In this document: one piece after another, positions 10,715 through 20,488 of the stretch
Numbering within the stretch: the first letter of the stretch is position 1
Layout: each line of letters begins with the position of its first letter
Source: Gammaproteobacteria bacterium
Lineage (GTDB): Bacteria; Pseudomonadota; Gammaproteobacteria; JBCCGL01
Length of the DNA: 64,000 bases
Direction: 5' to 3'
Assembly: GCA_965277715.1 (NCBI GenBank)
Contig: OZ255836.1
Span: 2,336,001 to 2,400,000, forward strand
Notes under the pieces: model-generated
The model's database searches: none
Told to the model about the DNA's origin: nothing
The model's input: the letters and a program-made list of their open reading frames with translations, nothing else
Translations under genes and position numbers: made by a program

Positions 10715-12243
10715 CAATACCGCTACCTCAGGTTTAACCCAATGAATCTTTTAGTCTCTGAGAGGCCTTGATACGAGGTTCAGTTAACCGTGGGTAGGCT
10801 TTTGGTCGTCGTTTAATTGCCCTTGGTTGGGGTGATCGTTTTCTCCTGCCAATTAACGTTGAAGCGATCATTTTTAATAAGGAAGTGTACGCTTTTTGTA
10901 TCATACTGGATGTTGAATGGATGAATTTAATATGAGCAATACCCAGTAGCTGTACCGTTGCCTTAAAACTTATTTGACGTGCTATTTCACCCTCTGTTTT
11001 TGCTGACTCTGCCATGCTACCCCGAATCAGGTTATAAGCCATAAAGGTTGTTGCTATTTCTTTTTCAACCATCTCGGGTGAATGGCATCGCAACATATCC
11101 ATTTTCAAATCTGTTTTAATTGTACGAAAATCCAATTCAACTTTCCAACGTTCCTTATACAGTGTTGAAAGCTCTTTCTTAGGGTAAGTATCAACCTCCA
11201 ACAAAGTGCTAACATAGACTGTCCCATCCACTGAAAATTCTCGAACTGTCAGGGTTTTCGGCAATAGATCAAAGTCTGATTGCGACATCCAAACCGGTTT
11301 TCTTTTAGGTTTTTTCCACTCGATAAGATGATCTTTTGCACCAAGCGTTAACCCTGTTTTGTAATCCGCTTTCTTTTGTGCGTGATTCATTGAGACGAAT
11401 GCAACCCCTTTCGATTGTAGAGCCGCTAAGACAGCATAAGTACAGTAATAGCGGTCTGCCAGTAATAGATCATTGGCGGTTAATGACGTCATCAGGGTAC
11501 TGAATAATGACATTTCCCCTGTTCCCTTTCCTTGATACTCTCCCATTGCATAATCAATAATAGCGCCAGAACTTAAAGAAATGAGTCCGACTATTCGAGC
11601 AATAGGAAAACCTAAACCCGGTTTTTGAGTCTGTTGCTGGGGGTATTTATGTTGATTTTTCTGGGTATCAGGCATGAGAACAGTGGTTCCATCCACAAGC
11701 ACCACATTATACCCTTTCCATGTCCAAATTTTACCTGCTCTGGCATGTAACGTTGAACCGATTGAACGTACCTCCTGAAGTACCCACGACAGAGATAAAC
11801 GTTGGCGGGCTTTACAGTAAGGACCGCTATTAAAAGAACTTGGAAGCAGGTTTTCCTGTAAACGATCAACTAGCAGACGGGCGACTGTTTCTTTACAACT
11901 GCCATTATCACTTAACACCTGCCAGAGAAATAAACGCAGTGTAACAAGTGGGGTGAATACCCGGTCTCGATAGCTGCCCGATAGTTCGCTTAGGTCGTTT
12001 AGACGCTTGGAACAGAGTAAATTATTAAAGTCTCCTGTGTTTAACTGAAAAAAAACACGTTTGATCGTTTTAATTTGCTGTCGGATAGTGAATTTCATAG
12101 AATAGGTCAGCGTTAGGTTTTTTGGCGAAGTACTTGTGTGTTTTGTCGCTTACAAGGATACTTCAAAAGGAAACCTAACGTTACCCATCTATATGACTTT
12201 TAACGTTATTTTAGTTCTTCACCAGGCTGAGGTAGCGGTATTG
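10715..12243 (-). mobile_element. IS4 family insertion sequence
   Basis: Perfect 17-bp terminal inverted repeats CAATACCGCTACCTCAG (10715-10731) and CTGAGGTAGCGGTATTG (12227-12243). Confidence 0.92.
10734..12098 (-). CDS. IS4 family transposase
   Basis: YCKARQRL, VDGT, LADRYY, LYKERWKVELDFRTIK (YREK motif). Confidence 0.95.
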   Translation of the reverse strand: MKFTIRQQIKTIKRVFFQLNTGDFNNLLCSKRLNDLSELSGSYRDRVFTPLVTLRLFLWQVLSDNGSCKETVARLLVDRLQENLLPSSFNSGPYCKARQRLSLSWVLQEVRSIGSTLHARAGKIWTWKGYNVVLVDGTTVLMPDTQKNQHKYPQQQTQKPGLGFPIARIVGLISLSSGAIIDYAMGEYQGKGTGEMSLFSTLMTSLTANDLLLADRYYCTYAVLAALQSKGVAFVSMNHAQKKADYKTGLTLGAKDHLIEWKKPKRKPVWMSQSDFDLLPKTLTVREFSVDGTVYVSTLLEVDTYPKKELSTLYKERWKVELDFRTIKTDLKMDMLRCHSPEMVEKEIATTFMAYNLIRGSMAESAKTEGEIARQISFKATVQLLGIAHIKFIHSTSSMIQKAYTSLLKMIASTLIGRRKRSPQPRAIKRRPKAYPRLTEPRIKASQRLKDSLG

Positions 12244-12368
12244 GGGTCATATATCAATGGCACTTCCTTAAGCTGTAAGTATTTGAAGTAATTACAAAAA
12301 AAGCTGGTTCTATGGTAGGTTATTTGTTGCCAACACAAATACCCTTTATCCCACAGGAACCAGCTATC

Positions 12369-12635
12369 ATGCAGAGTAATGTAAAAGTCAACATTCTTCA
12401 ACGTCGCATCAAAAGCCGAGCTCAATCCTCGGATACATTGAGCTTTTATCACTTGCTGACATCCTCTCAGTTACTTACGAAACTGGAAGAATTACAACCG
12501 GATTTTCGAGCGCGTCGCTATCCTCCTCTAGACACCTTATCGCTGTTTTTATACCAAACAATGAGTGCAGATCAGTCCTGCCAACAAGCTGTCAACACAC
12601 TCGCTGTACAGCGATTAAGTGAAGGTTTATCAGGG
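12369..12635 (+). pseudogene. N-terminal fragment of a second IS4-family transposase
   Basis: FRARRYPPLDTLSLFLYQTMSADQSCQQAV aligns with YRDRVFTPLVTLRLFLWQVLSDNGSCKETV of the intact copy. Confidence 0.75.
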
Positions 12636-12741
12636 TATTGGGGTCAGGCTTATTATTCACCATACAACGACTAATACGGATAAAAACAGTGGTTTCCAGC
12701 AAGAAATATGGGAAATAACTGCCTTGACCCCTTTTGATTCT

Positions 12742-12826
12742 TAGGAGCGCCATAGTTACCATCACCTTCACTATCGGAACGAATAGTTCCCCCGGTCGGA
12801 TTTGTTAAGCTTTCCTGTTGTGCAAC
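12742..12826. repeat. 85-bp direct repeat of the start of the M23 toxin tip (partner 13651-13735)
   Basis: Identical by eye: TAGGAGCGCCATAG...TGTTGTGCAAC. Confidence 0.9.
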
Positions 12827-12869
12827 AGAGTAACAACAGGCATCGTAAGCAAAGGTCATCAGCGACCAC

Positions 12870-13289
12870 TCATCGCTTATTGGGTAGCCTTTCGTATACT
12901 TCACCAAGTTTATCGTCTAAATCAGGTAAAAGAATCATTTCTTTATTCGTTAGTTTTAATATTTTTAACCCTAATGAAGAAGCACTATTGATTAAATGAT
13001 AGTTATCCTTAAAGGTACGCTCAGATAAAATTATTTTGCTAGAATTTTTATCGAACGTCCATACACCGTACTCCGTTATCGGTCTTTCTACATCCGAACC
13101 ATAACAATCATTTAAAACATAATACGAACTAACAGATTCTAGAACTAAAACGTCAGGACATTCTATCGCTATGCTTTTACCAACAGTACCAACATAGCGC
13201 CAATGACCATACACAGAGTCATCGGCATGGCTACAGCCGCTTACACCATTTAGTAGCACTACGAAAATAAAAATAATTGATCTAATCAT
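12870..13289 (-). CDS. Exported or lipoprotein hypothetical (lipocalin-like); candidate immunity protein of the M23 toxin
   Basis: Hydrophobic leader with VSGC; VYGHWRY and GVWTFD motifs; starts 2 bp after the toxin stop. Confidence 0.6.
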   Translation of the reverse strand: MIRSIIFIFVVLLNGVSGCSHADDSVYGHWRYVGTVGKSIAIECPDVLVLESVSSYYVLNDCYGSDVERPITEYGVWTFDKNSSKIILSERTFKDNYHLINSASSLGLKILKLTNKEMILLPDLDDKLGEVYERLPNKR

Positions 13290-13291
13290 CT

Positions 13292-14310
13292 TTAGGGCCC
13301 ACTGGGGAAAAAATATGGTGTTGGGTCAACCCATTGCCCACCACTTTGAATTTGTATGTGGACGTGTGGTGTTACTCCATTTGAATAGCCAAGCCCTTGT
13401 AGATTTACAGAATTGCCTATCAACCCTCCTTGGGAAACGTTATACCTACCGCCTGAGTTTGTACTACTTGGCCCAACATACAAAATCCTAATCAGATCAA
13501 TATTAAGAGACTGGTCTGACGGTGTTATATCAACGATTGGATAACCTGTCGTAGCACCAGTAAAGTTAACCGCTGTGCCATCAGCGGGCGAAACAACACC
13601 TTGTCCATCAACGCTAGTTATATCTATACCTCGGTGGCTCCTGTTTCCTCTAGGAGCGCCATAGTTACCATCACCTTCACTATCGGAACGAATAGTTCCC
13701 CCGGTCGGATTTGTTAAGCTTTCCTGTTGTGCAACCTGTTGATCATTGTACATATAAACAAAAGCCGCCTGAATAGCCCCCTGCAAAAAATCCCCTCCAG
13801 CCGCCTTACTCGCCAGTCCACCCAAAATCGACACACCAGCAACATTATCCAGTGCAGTTCCTTCTAAATAATGCCCCCCAACCTTCGCAACAAACCCACT
13901 GGCAAGCCCCGCCTGAAACTCCCCTCCCTGAATTTCACTAATCAATCCCTGAAAAACTCCATGCGCCAACGCCTGCGAAAACCACGCATTCTCTCCAGTA
14001 AAAATGCCACCATGACCTATTTGATCCGTAACCCCTCCACTCACACCACCAATAATCCCTCCCTGAAGCGCCGCACCAAAACCACCACCGCTGGCGAAAT
14101 AGCCGTTCACAAACCCCACCAAAGCACCATTGGCTACCGCTGCTCCAGTCGCACCTAACGTCGTTGAGATTGCCAGACCCAGTTCTATTATGGTCGTACT
14201 GACAACAGTATTTGCCGAAAATACAGGATTGGCTATCAACAACGCACTGGCCACAGCAAAACTCACCGTGCGAACCGTTGGGTCATCCGTGGTGGGTCCG
14301 ATAACATAAA
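13292..14310 (-). pseudogene. Orphan Rhs C-terminal module with M23 peptidase (LECT2-like) tip
   Basis: TTDDPTVRTVSFAVA..LLIANPVF linker shared with 7007-9013; HRGID and HVH zinc motifs; DPTPY terminus; frame open to 14482. Confidence 0.85.
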
Positions 14311-14756
14311 GCACCGGGGCCAGATGGACACTACATATAAGTGACCCAATATTTGAGGGTAAATACTCCACTCTTTTAGCGGCACATATCTCGGGAAAAA
14401 CCATCGGTCTTAGGCATATAAGTTCTACATGCGGCCTGTATTCAGGTAATATTATCGAGATGATTAGTATTAACCTTTCCAACCAAAGCCAATAAACAGA
14501 ATTCAGTTCAAAGTTTTAAAAAAATTCACAATCGGATAATCACCGGGGGGAATCGAACCCCCGGTTTCGACAGAGAAATATCAAGTATTAGAGACAAGTT
14601 GTCTGACAGCAGTATACAGCTACTTTGCGGGGAAGATTTACCTATTGCTGTGATTTACCAAACTGCTGTTGTACAAACCATCTTTTTTTCAACCACATTC
14701 TGATCGTAGTAGCATCAAGGTTTTATAACGGCAATGTGGCACGCTACAATTAACCC

Positions 14757-14961
14757 ATGACATCATAAAGAGCAACCTACGAGAGTATCGTGGTCAGCCG
14801 AGGTTATCGTGCAGGTATGATATAGATGGGTAAAGTGTCAGGTTTTAATATGGTAAAAATATTTTTTGTTATGATCAGAGTGTGGCAAAAATGTCGGGAA
14901 AATGAAAAATATTATGATAAGTGATTTGGGAATTTATGCGATCATAAAATGGCACGCTACA
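14757..14961 (-). repeat. Orphan transposon-end-like repeat, copy 3 (an extra short terminus ends at 14748)
   Basis: Aligns over ~200 bp with 3123-3327. Confidence 0.75.
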
Positions 14962-14969
14962 TGTAGCAA

Positions 14970-15758
14970 TTAGGTTTCGTTTTGTAGCTTAGTTTTCAAC
15001 CGATTCCAATGAAAAAAAAGCCCTCTATCGAGACATCTTGAAGAAATTTCATCAAAAGCCTCCCAGGATCGACGCATAGAATCACTAAAGTCTAACGAAG
15101 AAAGGCATTGCAATTGATTTTCATAATCGATTCTTAGCTTCCTAAGTTGATCCTCTATCGATTTTATATAATCCCACAACGAAATAACGATTTTTCCTTT
15201 AAAATCTGCCCACGGATAAATATAATTATCATCTATAGAGTTATTATCAGAAGTTGTATCCCAAAAAATATACATATAACCCTCTATCCTAAAAACACGA
15301 TATGCGACATTTAAATCCCATAATATGACCCCATCCTCATTATTTTTATTTAATGCAGTTGTATAAAACTCTCTTGAGTCAGACCAATAGTCTTTCTCAT
15401 AATCTCCACTTAATTCCTGTAAAATTTCTCTATATGTCGAAGCTCCTTCAATTATTTCTTTCTCCCTACCGTCTAATGCTACGGCCTGCCTGCTAACAGA
15501 TTCGATAAAATCATCCATATATTGATAGATATCACAAAATACACCAGACCGCTCACCTATAACATCTGGCCATTTTCTTCTACCTTGCTCAGAATAAATA
15601 TACAATGACATATTATTTAATTTGATATCGACTCGACCCCACAAAAGATGGTCAAATCCTCCTTCATATAAATTTGCAATATCCCATAGTGTCTCTTCTA
15701 TAGGGCGAAGCTCAAGGAAAATTTCAAATTTACCGTTCATGTCAAAAAATACCCTCAC
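14970..15758 (-). CDS. Hypothetical acidic protein, possible orphan immunity gene
   Basis: 262-aa AT-rich ORF in the toxin/immunity array; no family recognised. Confidence 0.5.
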   Translation of the reverse strand: MRVFFDMNGKFEIFLELRPIEETLWDIANLYEGGFDHLLWGRVDIKLNNMSLYIYSEQGRRKWPDVIGERSGVFCDIYQYMDDFIESVSRQAVALDGREKEIIEGASTYREILQELSGDYEKDYWSDSREFYTTALNKNNEDGVILWDLNVAYRVFRIEGYMYIFWDTTSDNNSIDDNYIYPWADFKGKIVISLWDYIKSIEDQLRKLRIDYENQLQCLSSLDFSDSMRRSWEAFDEISSRCLDRGLFFHWNRLKTKLQNET

Positions 15759-16075
15759 CTACGAAGGTGACTAAATAAACCGCTGGGAGGCGTTCTAAGG
15801 AAAAAAACAAAACCTTTAGGCAACTTAAATCGAGAAACCTCACCACTAACAGGGTGCAAGTTCGTAACGAACAGCGTAAACTGTCCGGGTCTTCACCTAA
15901 TCTTCACACAGTGAAAATCAGGCAGAAGACCGAGCGAACTTGCATCTTGCCAAAGGCCAGCCCTTGGAACCCGCGAGGGGTATTTTACCAAAAATTTCCC
16001 CTTCAATCCCCCTAAAGGTTTGACATTGGCAGATTTTGAATAAAATGGGTTTATATCAACTTTTAAGTACTGCCA

Positions 16076-17110
16076 ATGATCAATCAGAAGAACAAGCCAA
16101 ATCTTTTGATACCTGTTACTCCAGAGGAGCAACAGGCGCTTGCTGGTATCAAGAAAACGTTTAAATCTTCACTTCATGCGATCATGGAAAAGAACAATCA
16201 ACTCAATGCCAAATTTAATTTGACCACTGTATGGCCAGAAACAGATGATCTACCAACGCTGTATAGTCAACTTAGCGAACTAAAACATTGCCTCGATAGC
16301 TTTCACCCTATCGCACCTGAAACCATCATGGATATGGAAGCATTATGGGATATTCAGTACACCTATGAATCCAATCGTATCGAGGGTAACTCGCTGACTT
16401 TGGATGAGACGCTGCATGTCATTGAAAAAGGCTTAACCATTGGTGGAAAGCCTTTGAATGATCATTTAGAGGCGATTAATCATCAGGATGCTATTCATTA
16501 TATCCGTGATTTTGTTGAAGGAAATGCTGCACGAAACAGCCAGTTTACCGAGCGCACTTTGCTCACTATCCATGCCTTGATTCTCAAAGGTATTCGTGAC
16601 CGTGATGCCGGACATTATCGCAGGCAACCTGTATATATCTTGCAGTCGGATGGTAAAAGGCACGAGTTTCCTGATGCCTATTTATTGCCAAAATTGGTTG
16701 AAGACTATTTTATTTTCTATAACGAAAATAAAGAGGAAATGCACCCCGTTGAAATGGCTGCCCATTTGCACCAACGATTAGTCAATATTCATCCCTTTAT
16801 TGACGGTAACGGTCGTACTTCACGTTTAGTGATGAACCTGCACTTATTACAGCAAGGTTATCCCATCGCGATTATTGATTCAGAGATGGATAAAAGACAG
16901 GCGTATTACCGCATTTTAGGAGAGTATCAAAGCGTCTCAGATAGCGACAGTAAACCTTTTGAATTATTTGTTGCTCAAAAAGCGAAAGATGCCTTGTTTG
17001 AATATTTGCAATTTCTATCTGCGGATCAAAATGATGATGCGATAGATAAGGGTTATTACTTTTTCAAAAAGATAGCCTCACATTTACCTAACAAAAACAC
17101 TAACGACTAA
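16076..17110 (+). CDS. Fic family protein (AMPylase)
   Basis: HPFIDGNGRTSR catalytic motif; SNRIEGN inhibitory (S/T)xxxE(G/N) motif. Confidence 0.95.
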   Translation: MINQKNKPNLLIPVTPEEQQALAGIKKTFKSSLHAIMEKNNQLNAKFNLTTVWPETDDLPTLYSQLSELKHCLDSFHPIAPETIMDMEALWDIQYTYESNRIEGNSLTLDETLHVIEKGLTIGGKPLNDHLEAINHQDAIHYIRDFVEGNAARNSQFTERTLLTIHALILKGIRDRDAGHYRRQPVYILQSDGKRHEFPDAYLLPKLVEDYFIFYNENKEEMHPVEMAAHLHQRLVNIHPFIDGNGRTSRLVMNLHLLQQGYPIAIIDSEMDKRQAYYRILGEYQSVSDSDSKPFELFVAQKAKDALFEYLQFLSADQNDDAIDKGYYFFKKIASHLPNKNTND

Positions 17111-17199
17111 ACCATCTGGTTTGTATGCTGTGCCAGAAACACCGGAATTGAACAGCCGGTTAGCGTTGGCCGATACACTGCATGAACGTCTTCAGGCAG

Positions 17200-17300
17200 C
17201 GAAAGAAGCCAGCCCAGCTTTGTGGCCTACGATTGTCTCTAAACTCAGAGTGGATTGGGCATACAACTCCAATACCATTGAGGGAAGCACCTTTCCATAG
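17200..17300 (+). pseudogene. Fragment of a second Fic-family gene
   Basis: Reads LRVDWAYNSNTIEGSTF, then a stop. Confidence 0.55.
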
Positions 17301-17423
17301 CCATCAGTTTATGGGTTTCTGAAAACAGGCCAAATACTATTACCCAAATAAAGCTGTTTTCTTTCCTGTTTAAATTTATTCTTTATGTGTAGACAGCTAT
17401 AACATAAGCATTTAAAAACACCC

Positions 17424-18017
17424 TTATTGAGTACTTTCTGCCTGCTTTTCCAGGAAAGAAACCATATCATCGTTTTGTACGCGATAATAAATTTCTTCTA
17501 CGGAGAGAATCAAATCGATAGACTCAAAGGTGACAGCATCACCGAGGTAGTAGTGCGTTGAACCCCAGTTGCTACTTCTTCGGCATACTTCTATATCGAC
17601 AAAATCTGGCTCTATGAGAACATACTCTTGAAGCGTTGGGAGAGAGAGATAGGCGAATTTCTTATGTGTCCTGTCTTGATAGCGTGTGCTTTCTGAGAGC
17701 ACTTCAACGATTATTACAGGCGTTTCAGTTGAAACACTCCCCCGCTCTAACGCGGAGCAGTCAACCAAAACATCGGGATAATAGTAGTTATTTTCTACTT
17801 GTACTTTCATATCCGATGAAAATGGTTGACAAGGACTCCCTTCGAGATGGTTGCCGAAAGCTCGCGATACGTTTCCAGTTATTTGGTTATGCTCCAGCTT
17901 GGCACCAGCCATAGCGTATACGTCACCATTAATGTATTCGTGACGTACTTCACCATCGCGTTCTCCCGCTAAATATTCTTCCTGCGTGATGCCTGCTAAT
18001 TTCTTGGCGACTGACAT
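17424..18017 (-). CDS. Uma2 family (PD-(D/E)XK) endonuclease-like protein
   Basis: RHEYINGDVYAMAG, YYPDVLVDC, IVEVLSEST, LQEYVLIE; start placed at MSVAKK. Confidence 0.92.
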   Translation of the reverse strand: MSVAKKLAGITQEEYLAGERDGEVRHEYINGDVYAMAGAKLEHNQITGNVSRAFGNHLEGSPCQPFSSDMKVQVENNYYYPDVLVDCSALERGSVSTETPVIIVEVLSESTRYQDRTHKKFAYLSLPTLQEYVLIEPDFVDIEVCRRSSNWGSTHYYLGDAVTFESIDLILSVEEIYYRVQNDDMVSFLEKQAESTQ

Positions 18018-18231
18018 GGTATAAATCTCTCTATTGAATTGGCATGATCCATAATTCGATATTGCCAGGATGCTTTGTTTTTTCGGGTTCTTCACAAATT
18101 GTTGTGAAACCCCATTCAGTAAATTTGGAGCTGTATCCCGTTTTTCACAATAAAAACGTATGCCTAGGCACACTAAAAAAATCGTAGACTATGTCACGGC
18201 CAGGCAGTGACTCACCGCATTGATAGAAACA

Positions 18232-19095
18232 TCACTCTATATTCTGCACCTGCTCACGCATTTGTTCGATTAAGACTTTTAAATCGACCGAACTGCCTGT
18301 CGTCGCCACGTCCTGTGATTTCGACCCCAGTGTATTGGCCTCACGGTTTAACTCCTGCATAAGAAAATCCAAACGCCGCCCCACAGGCTCATCGCGCTTC
18401 AGTACTTTCTTTACTTCGGTGATATGTGCCTCAAGGCGATCCAGTTCTTCATCGACGTCGAGTTTTTGTGCGGCGTACACCAGCTCCTGTTCAAGCCGCT
18501 GTTGATCCGGCTCGACACTTAGCTCGTCGAGTTTTTGCTGTAGCCGCTCCTGTAAACGCTGCACAATAGTGGGCCTGTGCTGGCGCTGATCCACCACGAT
18601 ACCATCGATGGTTGTGCAGCGGTCGAGTATCATTTTTTCAGTGAGTGCGCCCTCACGTTCGCGTGTGGCAATAAAGTCAGCAAGGGTTTCTTCGATTAAC
18701 GTTATCGCCGCTTTTTGTACGGTGCCGGTATCACGCTCCTGTTGACTGACAACCCCCGGCCAGCGCAATACGTCGAGTACCGGGACGGGTGCCGGGTTCG
18801 GTATTTTCCCGGCAATTTGCTCGCAGGCATTTAACAAAGAGGCGGCAATTTGCTGGTTGACTTCAATATCACCAACGAGGTCTGACGGTTTGTAGCGCAG
18901 CGTGCACTCCACTTTTCCACGTTTTATTTTTTTACCCACTTTTTCACGCACCGACATTTCCAGCGAGCGCAGCTCATCCGGCAGCCGAACAAAAAGCTCC
19001 AGGTAACGGTGGTTGACGGCGCGCAACTCGCACACCAGTTTGCCCCACTCACCGTTTGCTTCCCGGTGGCCGAATGCTGTCATGCTTTTAATCAT
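18232..19095 (-). CDS. yicC: YicC/YloC family endoribonuclease
   Basis: MIKSMTAFG, VNHRYLE, GRRLDFLMQELNREANTLGSK, EQMREQVQNIE. Confidence 0.96.
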   Translation of the reverse strand: MIKSMTAFGHREANGEWGKLVCELRAVNHRYLELFVRLPDELRSLEMSVREKVGKKIKRGKVECTLRYKPSDLVGDIEVNQQIAASLLNACEQIAGKIPNPAPVPVLDVLRWPGVVSQQERDTGTVQKAAITLIEETLADFIATREREGALTEKMILDRCTTIDGIVVDQRQHRPTIVQRLQERLQQKLDELSVEPDQQRLEQELVYAAQKLDVDEELDRLEAHITEVKKVLKRDEPVGRRLDFLMQELNREANTLGSKSQDVATTGSSVDLKVLIEQMREQVQNIE

Positions 19096-19117
19096 GGTAC
19101 GTTCCCCTTGCGCAGCA

Positions 19118-20326
19118 CTAGGACGCTTTGCGCAGTGTGGATACTTCATCAAGTGATTCGACAATAACATCGGCGATGACTTCACAGTCTTGCAGTGTAA
19201 ACGTCAGCGGCACCCGCATATCACATAAAGTGCTGAGCAGTCGTGTGGTTTTTTCGAGGGTGCGATCACTATGCATATACTGCCAACTGTCGTGTCGGCT
19301 GGTGTAACCTTTTGGATCGGCATCACCAAACCATTTTATCGAGACGCCCCGCGTCGCGCAGGCATCGACAAAATCCCGTATCTGTTGTTCTGAGTAGCCC
19401 GGCAGTGAGAACTGAATAGAACTACCGACAAACGATTCGTGTGCAGGGCGCTGCGGAATCATTACATCGGGCATGCTGCGCAAGCGTGCGTCTAACGCAA
19501 AATAGCGTTCATTCCAGCGCGCACACTGTTCATCGAGCAAAGCGAGCTGTGGCCGGAGAATCGCCGCCCGCAGGTTATCCATGCGCCCGCTGTAGTTGGG
19601 TGTACCCAGGCGCATATCGGCAAACGCATCGGCCTCCGGTGCCGCAGTGTGCTCGCCATAGAGCATATAAGAACCGGAGTAAATGATGGCGCGTTTGATC
19701 ACTTCTTCATCATCGGTGACCAACAAGCCCCCTTCCCCGGAGTTGATGTGCTTGTAGGTTTGGGTGCTAAAACAGGCCACTTTGCCAAAGCTACCGCTGA
19801 GTTTGCCACGCCAGCGCGCACCCATGGTGTGGGCGCAGTCTTCGATTAGCACAATGTTGTGAGCCCTGCACAGCGAGGCAATGGCATCCATATCAGCGAT
19901 ATGGCCACGCATATGCGAGAGCAGAAAAAAACGGGCGCCGCTGGCCTGTGCAGTGGCGCGCAGGTCGTCGATATCAATTTTGTAGTCATCGCCGGTTTCG
20001 ACTAACACGGCTTCACCGCCCGCATTATTGATTGCCCCAGGGACGGGGGACAATGTAAAGGCATTGGTCAGCACCTTGTCGCCGGGTTGTACGCCAACAC
20101 TGCGCAGTGCGATATGAATGGCGTAACCACCTGACGCACACGCCAGACAATACGGCATCGCCATATACCCGGCGAATGCCTGCTCCAGCAGATCGGTCTC
20201 GCCCTGCTCGCCGGGGTTGGTGTTATAGCGATGCAGTCGGCCACCGCGCAATACCGAAATAGCCGCTTCAATACCAGCTTCGGGGATCGATTCCTGCTGG
20301 GTAAACGATTTGTCGAATATGATCAT
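19118..20326 (-). CDS. DegT/DnrJ/EryC1/StrS family PLP-dependent aminotransferase
   Basis: IEDCAH, FSTQTYKHINSGEGG. Confidence 0.9.
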   Translation of the reverse strand: MIIFDKSFTQQESIPEAGIEAAISVLRGGRLHRYNTNPGEQGETDLLEQAFAGYMAMPYCLACASGGYAIHIALRSVGVQPGDKVLTNAFTLSPVPGAINNAGGEAVLVETGDDYKIDIDDLRATAQASGARFFLLSHMRGHIADMDAIASLCRAHNIVLIEDCAHTMGARWRGKLSGSFGKVACFSTQTYKHINSGEGGLLVTDDEEVIKRAIIYSGSYMLYGEHTAAPEADAFADMRLGTPNYSGRMDNLRAAILRPQLALLDEQCARWNERYFALDARLRSMPDVMIPQRPAHESFVGSSIQFSLPGYSEQQIRDFVDACATRGVSIKWFGDADPKGYTSRHDSWQYMHSDRTLEKTTRLLSTLCDMRVPLTFTLQDCEVIADVIVESLDEVSTLRKAS

Positions 20327-20488
20327 AGTGTTTTTCTACTGATATCGAGTACGCTAGTATGCCAAATGTGAATGCATTGAGCACGGAGATATGGCAATGC
20401 AAATCAGCGTAGGCATTGCCTGCAATACCGCTATAATGCGCGCCCTTTTCAACAATTGCCCAAACGGGCGGCAGTGAGCACATAATCT

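Noticed and set aside
16020-16046. Sigma70 promoter for the Fic gene
   Set aside because: TTGACA and TAAAAT are present but only 15 bp apart; too weak to call.
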